Shown here: in pieces, positions 27,809 to 34,746 of the stretch | Position numbering within the stretch: position 1 is the stretch's first letter | How the letters are laid out: each line of letters opens with the position of its first letter | NCBI GenBank assembly: GCA_963677975.1 | Contig: OY782677.1 | Span: 643,178-707,177 of the forward strand | Source of the DNA: Bacteroidales bacterium | GTDB lineage: Bacteria > Bacteroidota > Bacteroidia > Bacteroidales > UBA4417 | DNA: 64,000 nucleotides | Direction of reading: 5' to 3' | Translations under genes and position numbers: made by a program | Notes under the pieces: model-generated | The model's input: the letters and a program-made list of their open reading frames with translations, nothing else | Told to the model about the DNA's origin: nothing | Databases searched by the model: none

Positions 27809-27920
27809 GCTGGGAGTCGGATGCAGGAAGTCCGAAGCGAAAAACGAGAATTATTTGATTCCACCTCCCACAAACAAATTTAATCTTCTGACTTCCAACT
27901 TCCGACTCCTGTCATCCAGC
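27809..27920. repeat. Long imperfect inverted repeat in the tolC-macA spacer
   Basis: Left arm GCTGGGAGTCGGATGCAGGAAGTCCGAAG versus the reverse complement of the right arm, GCTGGATGACAGGAGTCGGAAGTTGGAAGTCAGAAG. Perfectly paired blocks measure 8, 7, 4 and 5 bp, with a loop of about 47 nt. Confidence 0.6.
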
Positions 27921-27983
27921 CCAATAAACCTATCAAACAGGAACACACGAATACCCACAGAAAATCCGTAAAATCCAAAAATA

Positions 27984-29261
27984 ATGAAAAAACATAGAAT
28001 TTTAATTTTCTCAATAATTGGTTTACTTGCCGTAGCCGCAGTTTACTGGTTCTTCATCAGGGGGAACAACAAAACGGTTACTACTTATACAACAGCAGTT
28101 GTTACCCGTGCTTCAATCAGCAATACAGTCACTGCAACTGGTACAGTCGAACCGGTTAAGCAGGTTAGTGTCGGTACGCAGGTTTCGGGAGTTATCCAGA
28201 AAATATATGTGGATTTCAACTCAATCGTCAGAAAAGGGCAGCTTCTGGCCGAACTTGATAAAACCCCTTTACTTGCGCAACTGGCTTCATCAAAAGCTGA
28301 TCTCGAATCATCAGAAAGTGCTCTTACATATCAGGAAGCCAACTATAACCGGATCAAAGAGCTTTTCGATAAGAAAGCATTAAGCGAAACCGACTACGAA
28401 ACCGCCCTTTACCAATTCAGCAACGCGAAAGCCAATTATTCGAGGTCGATGTCGGAAGTGGACCGGGCAAAAACCAACCTGGGTTACGCGCTTATTTATT
28501 CACCTATTGACGGGGTTGTACTGAACCGTGCCGTCGACGAAGGCCAGACCGTTGCTGCCAGTTTCAATACTCCTACATTATTTACTATAGCCCAGGACCT
28601 GACCAAAATGCAGGTTGTGGCTAATGTGGACGAAGCCGATATAGGACAGGTAAAAGAAGGGCAAAAAGTTACATTTACCGTTGATGCCTATCCTGATGAT
28701 AATTTCACAGGAACCATCAAACAGATCAGGTTACTGGCAATCACTACTTCGAATGTTGTTACGTACAGTGTAGTTGTCGATGCTCCCAATCCCGATCTGA
28801 AACTTAAGCCCGGACTTACCGCAAGTATTATCGCCTATACGCAGGAAGTTGAAAATGTTTTATCTATTCCCGCAAAGGCTTTGCGATTCAAGCCCGACAG
28901 CACTTTGATAGCTAAAACAGCACCTGCTTTACAAATCGCAGTTCAGCCAAAGGTTGGAGGCGCACAGGCCGCCCCGGCATCAGCGGTTCTAAAACCATCG
29001 AAAACCAGCCTTAACGGCAGGGCTAATACCGTCGAATGCGTTGCATTTAAAACCGTTTGGGTAAAAGATGGCGATTCTATCTTCCCGGTCCAGGTAAAAA
29101 CCGGTATGACTGACGAAACCAACGTCGAAATTATTTCGGGGCTTAACGAAGGACAAGTGGTGATTGTTTCGATGGAACAGGTTAATACTTCTGAAGCAAA
29201 AGTGCAGGCAGCCAGCAGCCCTTTTATGCCTAAACGGCCATCAAGTTCAACCAAAAAATAA
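27984..29261 (+). CDS. Efflux transporter periplasmic adaptor subunit (MacA/HlyD_D23 type)
   Basis: N-terminal TM helix, a TGTVEPVKQVSVGTQVSGVI barrel-sandwich motif, a coiled-coil hairpin and IYSPIDGVV. Confidence 0.9.
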   Translation: MKKHRILIFSIIGLLAVAAVYWFFIRGNNKTVTTYTTAVVTRASISNTVTATGTVEPVKQVSVGTQVSGVIQKIYVDFNSIVRKGQLLAELDKTPLLAQLASSKADLESSESALTYQEANYNRIKELFDKKALSETDYETALYQFSNAKANYSRSMSEVDRAKTNLGYALIYSPIDGVVLNRAVDEGQTVAASFNTPTLFTIAQDLTKMQVVANVDEADIGQVKEGQKVTFTVDAYPDDNFTGTIKQIRLLAITTSNVVTYSVVVDAPNPDLKLKPGLTASIIAYTQEVENVLSIPAKALRFKPDSTLIAKTAPALQIAVQPKVGGAQAAPASAVLKPSKTSLNGRANTVECVAFKTVWVKDGDSIFPVQVKTGMTDETNVEIISGLNEGQVVIVSMEQVNTSEAKVQAASSPFMPKRPSSSTKK

Positions 29262-29413
29262 TACGGCGGAAGGCAACCAGGAAAAAGAGCAGCCCGAAAT
29301 AAAGTTAAGGATCTGAAATGACGCATGCCAAAACCTGTGTTTTAAGAAAATAGTTTAAAAAAGAATAACGAAAAGTTTCAAAAAACCCGGAATAAGACCC
29401 GGCATACACTATC

Positions 29414-30160
29414 ATGAATGACATAATAAAAGTGGATCACCTTAAGCGTGAGTTTATTGTTGGCGACCAGAAAGTACTTGCGCTCAGGGGAATTTCGTTT
29501 ACCGTGCGCGAAGGAGAATTTGTTACCATAATGGGAACAAGCGGTTCGGGCAAATCGACCCTGCTCAATATTCTTGGATGCCTCGATACACCGACGGAAG
29601 GAGAATACCTGCTCGATGGAATTCCGGTGCGGACCATGTCGAAAAATGAAAGGGCTAAACTCAGGAATATGAAAATTGGCTTCGTTTTCCAGACCTATAA
29701 CCTGCTTCCCAGGACAACTGCGCTCGAAAATGTGGAGTTGCCACTGATGTATAATTCGGCCGTTACAGCCAAAGAACGCCGGGAAAAATCAATGCATGTG
29801 CTCGAATCTGTAGGTCTGGCTGACCGAATGCACCATATGCCAAACCAGATGTCGGGTGGACAGCAGCAGCGTGTTGCCATTGCCCGTGCTTTGGTAAACA
29901 ATCCGGTTATTATCCTTGCCGACGAAGCCACAGGGAATCTCGATACACGAACATCCTACGGAATCATGTCGCTTTTCCAGCAACTTAATTCCGAAGGCAA
30001 AACGATAGCTTTTGTAACACACGAACCTGATATAGCAAATTTTAGCCAGAGAAGTATTATGCTGCGCGATGGCAGGATTACAAAGGACGAAAAGAGAACC
30101 AGGACAAGTTCTGCCGCTGATTCTCTGGCATTGCTGCCAGTTGAGGTTGAGGCGGATTAA
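29414..30160 (+). CDS. ABC transporter ATP-binding protein (MacB/LolD type)
   Basis: Walker [10 protein letters not shown], signature [15 protein letters not shown] and Walker [12 protein letters not shown]. Confidence 0.93.
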   Translation: MNDIIKVDHLKREFIVGDQKVLALRGISFTVREGEFVTIMGTSGSGKSTLLNILGCLDTPTEGEYLLDGIPVRTMSKNERAKLRNMKIGFVFQTYNLLPRTTALENVELPLMYNSAVTAKERREKSMHVLESVGLADRMHHMPNQMSGGQQQRVAIARALVNNPVIILADEATGNLDTRTSYGIMSLFQQLNSEGKTIAFVTHEPDIANFSQRSIMLRDGRITKDEKRTRTSSAADSLALLPVEVEAD

Positions 30161-30167
30161 GGAGGAC

Positions 30168-30234
30168 GGGGTGAAGGGGCGAGAATGCGAAGGGGCGGCA
30201 AGGGGATAAGGTGAGGGGTGACAAAAGCGAGGGG
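30168..30234 (+). other. Cluster of six GGGG tracts (G-quadruplex candidate) between the ATPase and permease cistrons
   Basis: GGGG occurs at 30168, 30176, 30192, 30202, 30215 and 30231, with loops of 4 to 12 nt. The surrounding 80 nt is about 80 percent purine by hand count. Confidence 0.6.
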
Positions 30235-30342
30235 CGACCCTAAGTTAACTTTTCTTTAAAACAGAATACCTGAGTAATAAACATTCAATCGACCTACATA
30301 GAAAATATAGAAGTCCCTGTCACTTCTCCTTCAGGAAAAGGT

Positions 30343-30359
30343 GCCCGCCCCAGGCGGGC
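30343..30359 (+). other. GC-only hairpin 24 nt upstream of the permease ATG
   Basis: GCCCGCC-CCA-GGCGGGC is a perfect 7-bp stem. No T run follows it on the plus strand. Confidence 0.55.
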
Positions 30360-30382
30360 GGATGAGGTAAAAAAACATAATC

Positions 30383-31606
30383 ATGAACATAACAAATCTT
30401 TTCCGTATATCAATCAAGGCGCTGGTTAGCAATAAGTTCCGGGCATTGCTTACCATGCTGGGAATTATTATAGGCGTGGCTGCTGTTATAGCGATGCTAG
30501 CTATTGGGCAAGGCTCAAAAAAGAGCATACAGGATGAAATCTCCAAAATGGGTTCCAATATGATCATGGTGCAACCTGGAGCGGATATGTTCCAGGGTGG
30601 AGCCAGGATGTCAGCAACCGCTAATCAATCGCTGGTGCTTGGCGATTATGATGCTATAAAAGATCAAAGCAACTACCTCTCAGGTGTTTCGCCCATGGTG
30701 AATGCCAGTGGACAGTCGATTTACGGTGCAAATAACTGGCCGGTAGGTATGCAGGGCGTAAACCAGGAGTACCTGTCGATCCGTAAATACGGCGTCGCAA
30801 ATGGCAGGATTTTTACCGAAAGAGAGATTGCCACTGCGGCTAAAGTATGCCTGATCGGGCAAACCGTGGTAACAAACTTATTCGGCGAAGGTGCTGATCC
30901 TGTCGGCAAATCAATACGGTATAACAAAATACCATTCGAAGTAATCGGTGTGCTGACCGAAAAAGGGGAGAACGGCATGGGCCAGGACCAGGATGATGTT
31001 CTGCTGGCTCCGTATACAACGGTACAAAAAAGGGTTGTGGCAATTACATACCTGAATGGAATTTATTGTTCAGCATCCAGTGAAGATGTGAGCGATAAAG
31101 CGAAAACAGAACTTGAAAACATTATTCGTTCGCGGCACCATATAAAAGCCGGCGATGATGACGATTTCCATGTGCGTTCGCAAAAGGAAATGCTTACCAT
31201 GTTCAGCAGCACAAGTTCGGTAATGACAATATTGCTGGCTGTTATTGCAGGAATTTCGCTTATAGTCGGAGGTATTGGAATTATGAATATCATGTTCGTT
31301 TCGGTTACGGAACGCACTCGCGAAATTGGTCTGCGGATGGCAGTAGGTGCTCGTGGTATAGATATCTTAACCCAGTTCTTAATTGAGGCAGTACTTATCA
31401 GCATAGTCGGAGGTATTATAGGGGTTGCAATCGGGGTTGGAAGCTCGTTTATTATCAAAAGCATGCTTAACTGGCCAATAGTAATTACAGGCACATCTAT
31501 TGTTTTGTCGTTTGCTGTTTGTACATTTACAGGAGTGTTTTTCGGCTGGTACCCGGCAAAAAAAGCAGCCAATCTCGACCCGATTGATGCTATCAGGTAT
31601 GAATAG
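30383..31606 (+). CDS. ABC transporter permease (MacB periplasmic core domain + FtsX)
   Basis: ALVSNKFRALLTMLGIIIGVAAVIAM start, a large periplasmic loop and a C-terminal FtsX 3-TM bundle with TREIGLRMAVGA. Confidence 0.9.
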   Translation: MNITNLFRISIKALVSNKFRALLTMLGIIIGVAAVIAMLAIGQGSKKSIQDEISKMGSNMIMVQPGADMFQGGARMSATANQSLVLGDYDAIKDQSNYLSGVSPMVNASGQSIYGANNWPVGMQGVNQEYLSIRKYGVANGRIFTEREIATAAKVCLIGQTVVTNLFGEGADPVGKSIRYNKIPFEVIGVLTEKGENGMGQDQDDVLLAPYTTVQKRVVAITYLNGIYCSASSEDVSDKAKTELENIIRSRHHIKAGDDDDFHVRSQKEMLTMFSSTSSVMTILLAVIAGISLIVGGIGIMNIMFVSVTERTREIGLRMAVGARGIDILTQFLIEAVLISIVGGIIGVAIGVGSSFIIKSMLNWPIVITGTSIVLSFAVCTFTGVFFGWYPAKKAANLDPIDAIRYE

Positions 31607-31715
31607 TTAATGTCGGATGAAGGATTTACAGGCTGGATATCATGAATTAAAATTCAAAACTCTTAAATCACTTCGGTTTGTTAATTGATAAATAGAATTA
31701 AGTCAATACACAGCA

Positions 31716-32768
31716 ATGATAGAAAATCAAAAAAAACAGCCTGTTCAGTTTTTAATTCACTTTATCATTTGGGGGATAATTGCGCTGTTCCCGTTAATAT
31801 CGATGTACAGCGAAGGTGAGCGTAATTTTATACGCTTCCTCGATTTTTCATTGCCCATCGTTTTTCTGATGGTAGTGTTTTACTCCAATTATTTCTGGAT
31901 TATAAGCCGGTACCTTTTCAATAAAAAGATATGGCAGTTTTTTGTGGTGAACCTGCTGCTTTTTGCTGCATGCATTTACGTTCTCGATTTTATCAAACAA
32001 TTGTATTTTGTTGAGTATTTTGCAAAACTGGAGTTACAGAAACACTTTCCACCACGCGAAAAAATGAAGGAAATTATATTTTTCCGCGATATTTTTTCCA
32101 TGACAATGACGGTAGGATTGGCAACAGCGATAAAAATGACTTCCCAATGGTATCATTCGCAGGCAGAGCAAAAGGAACTTGAAAAACTTCATATCGAATC
32201 GGAACTTACCAACCTGAAGAATCAGCTTAATCCTCATTTCCTTTTCAATACGTTGAACAATATTTACTCGCTGATTTCGATCAACCAGGGAAATGCACAA
32301 ATTGCTGTACATCAGCTTAGTAACCTTATCCGCTATGTGCTTTACGACAGCGATCATCCCCGGGTTCCGCTCAGCAAGGACCTTAGTTTCACCGAAAACT
32401 ATATTAAACTCATGAGCCTGCGCCTGCCTGAACATATTAAACTCGAAACCGATATTACAACTGCAACCGAAGGGGTTACGATTGCACCTTTATTGTTTAT
32501 TTCACTTGTTGAAAATGCCTTTAAACATGGAGTTAGTCCGACTGAGCTTTCTCACATTTCGATAAGGATCCAGATGCCTCAGTCAAATACAGTGGAATGC
32601 CGGGTCGAAAACAGCAATTTTCCCAAAACGGAATCCGACAAAAGCGGTTCCGGCATAGGAATAACTAATCTGGAGAAGCGTCTTGATCTGCTTTACCCTG
32701 GGGCTTTTTCGTTAATAAACGAAGAGGTTGGTGACAAGTATATTTCATTTCTAAAAATCAGGTTATGA
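31716..32768 (+). CDS. LytS/YehU-type sensor histidine kinase
   Basis: Four to five N-terminal TM helices, an LKNQLNPHFLFNTLNNI H-box (His_kinase PF06580 type) and a C-terminal ATPase domain with GSGIGITN. Confidence 0.88.
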   Translation: MIENQKKQPVQFLIHFIIWGIIALFPLISMYSEGERNFIRFLDFSLPIVFLMVVFYSNYFWIISRYLFNKKIWQFFVVNLLLFAACIYVLDFIKQLYFVEYFAKLELQKHFPPREKMKEIIFFRDIFSMTMTVGLATAIKMTSQWYHSQAEQKELEKLHIESELTNLKNQLNPHFLFNTLNNIYSLISINQGNAQIAVHQLSNLIRYVLYDSDHPRVPLSKDLSFTENYIKLMSLRLPEHIKLETDITTATEGVTIAPLLFISLVENAFKHGVSPTELSHISIRIQMPQSNTVECRVENSNFPKTESDKSGSGIGITNLEKRLDLLYPGAFSLINEEVGDKYISFLKIRL

Positions 32769-33475
32769 CAATCCGTTGCCTGTTGGTTGATGACGAACCC
32801 CTGGCACTCGACCTGCTTGAAGGGTATGTTGGCAAAACCCCATCACTCATACTTGCCGGGAGGTGCAGCAGCGCTTTCCAGGCTTTGGAACTACTCGAAA
32901 CAACCGAAGTTGACCTGATGTTCCTCGATATTCAGATGCCCGGCTTATCAGGAATGGAGTTTATGCGGAGCCTGCAAAACGCGCCAAAGGTTATATTTAC
33001 TACCGCTTTTGAGCAATATGCCCTCGAAGGGTTTAAGGTTGATGCGCTGGATTACCTTCTGAAACCCATCAGCTATCCCGAATTCCTGAATTCGGCAAAC
33101 AAAGCCCGGCGCTGGTTCGAACTCAGCGATAAACCCGCCACCAAGGAAGTACGCAACTCCATTTTTGTTAAAGCCGACTATAAACTCGTACAGATCGAAT
33201 TTAATTACATTTTATATATCGAAGGATTAAAGGATTATGTAAAATTTTACCTTGATGGAACTGATAAACCGGTCCTTTCGCTTATGAGTATGAAATCGCT
33301 CGAGGAAAACCTGCCCGGCGACAGGTTTATGCGGGTACACCGTTCGTTTATTGTTAACCTTGATAAGATCAAAACAATAGAGCGTAACCGGATTATATTC
33401 GGCAAGGAGTATATACCGGTTTCGGATAACTATAAAGACAAATTCCAGCAGTTTGTTAATGAACGGTTTTTCTGA
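32765..33475 (+). CDS. LytTR family response regulator
   Basis: Receiver domain (LLVDDEPLAL, DLMFLDIQMPG, KP) plus a LytTR DNA-binding domain (FMRVHRSFIVNLDKI). Its ATGA overlaps the kinase stop. Confidence 0.92.
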   Translation: MTIRCLLVDDEPLALDLLEGYVGKTPSLILAGRCSSAFQALELLETTEVDLMFLDIQMPGLSGMEFMRSLQNAPKVIFTTAFEQYALEGFKVDALDYLLKPISYPEFLNSANKARRWFELSDKPATKEVRNSIFVKADYKLVQIEFNYILYIEGLKDYVKFYLDGTDKPVLSLMSMKSLEENLPGDRFMRVHRSFIVNLDKIKTIERNRIIFGKEYIPVSDNYKDKFQQFVNERFF

Positions 33476-33826
33476 GAGCGTTTCCTGAAGAGGCATCAGC
33501 AGGATTTATTTTATTGATTTCAAAATAAAATTTCTGACCAGTATAGGCAGAAATCTCCCCTTCATAAACAGCTCTTAACTTCAGTAAATACGAGTGTTTT
33601 GTCTGAGGAATAAGGCCCTTTATCTAATTCATTTCCTGTCTCCTGTTGCACTAAATAGTTTTGCAGCCAATATGGCATGGAAATACCGTTTTGTCCCCAC
33701 CCTTTTTCAATAATAACGTATTATTTAGAGTAGGTATTAGATGCAGTATATACACGGGCATGTAATACTCTTTTATGTGCCGGGTTGAATTGCCCCGACA
33801 TTTTTTAATCAACAGGAAAACGGATA

Positions 33827-34201
33827 ATGAAAAAATCGCTCTTTTACTTCACTTTTTGTATTGTGTTCATAGTCACCTCCTGCAGTGTGGATTCGTCCGA
33901 TGGAGGCCGTAGCTCCGGAAGCATTCATAATACAGGAAATTACTGCCTGGGATGCCACTCTTTTAAAGTTGTTGGTTCGGTTTATAATTCTGCCTTATCA
34001 GCAGCGTATGCAGGTGCAGTAATAAAAATAACCACATCGGCCAATGGTGGCGGAACTCTGCTGGCTACGCTTACATCCGATATGTCCGGAAATTTTTACA
34101 CCAATGGGTCTGTAAGTTTTGGAAGCGGGGTTTATGTGAGCATAACCGGTTCAGGAGGTGCCGTGAAGTATATGGGAACAGCCATTACCAGCGGGGCGTG
34201 A
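33827..34201 (+). CDS. Small lipoprotein with a CXXCH motif and a beta-sandwich-like core; the stop is a TGA at a would-be second CXXCH
   Basis: Lipobox VTSC; CLGCH at about residue 40; GNFYT-type carboxypeptidase-regulatory-like segment. The in-frame continuation after the TGA reads NSCHNGSSTSRIWAQ and ends at the TAG at 34247..34249. Confidence 0.55.
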   Translation: MKKSLFYFTFCIVFIVTSCSVDSSDGGRSSGSIHNTGNYCLGCHSFKVVGSVYNSALSAAYAGAVIKITTSANGGGTLLATLTSDMSGNFYTNGSVSFGSGVYVSITGSGGAVKYMGTAITSGA

Positions 34202-34746
34202 AATTCGTGCCACAACGGATCATCAACCTCACGGATATGGGCTCAATAGGAGTTCCTCGTTAAATGTTTATGAAGCTAAAGGATAGCCACAACCGGGAAA
34301 CGAAAATGAAGACAGAACGGCCTTTCAAAAACAATTCTCAGCAAAGGCATGGCCGCCTTACCAACCCGGTATTAATCCTGTTCCCGTTGAGATGCATTTT
34401 GAATCGTATAAAAGATATCGGCAAAAAACGCACTTCTGTCAGCAGAATCGGGGAGTATATCTATATAATTTGTTAGGGTGATATTGGTGAAGGAATTTTG
34501 CATCAAGGTATTGGTTTGGTTCTAGAGCGGAGGAATGTAATGATAATCGGCAAATGAGTTTTACGGGTGTACTAGTCCTTTTTTTGATAGTTATTGCTCT
34601 GGTCTTCATGGTGAAACTCAAAATTTCACGACCCCTTATCAGATTCTTTCGCTCTTTTTTATTTAACTGTAAACCGCTTTCATTCCGAGCATGCTTTAAA
34701 TCAAGACTCCCGTATCTGAACCAGGCTTAATGTACATTGGAATCAT

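Noticed and set aside
34199-34270. A SECIS-like hairpin downstream of the in-frame TGA of the CXXCH lipoprotein.
   Set aside because: I found only a direct repeat (CAACGGAT / TCACGGAT) and 3-4-bp stems. Nothing resembles a bacterial SECIS, so selenocysteine stays a low-probability option pending a proper search.
34264-34621. Two ORFs of 60 to 70 aa in the 500-nt gap before the TBDT gene.
   Set aside because: They have no signal peptide, motif or -7 box, and their composition matches the C-depleted spacer class. I treat the gap as non-coding, or at most a decayed remnant.
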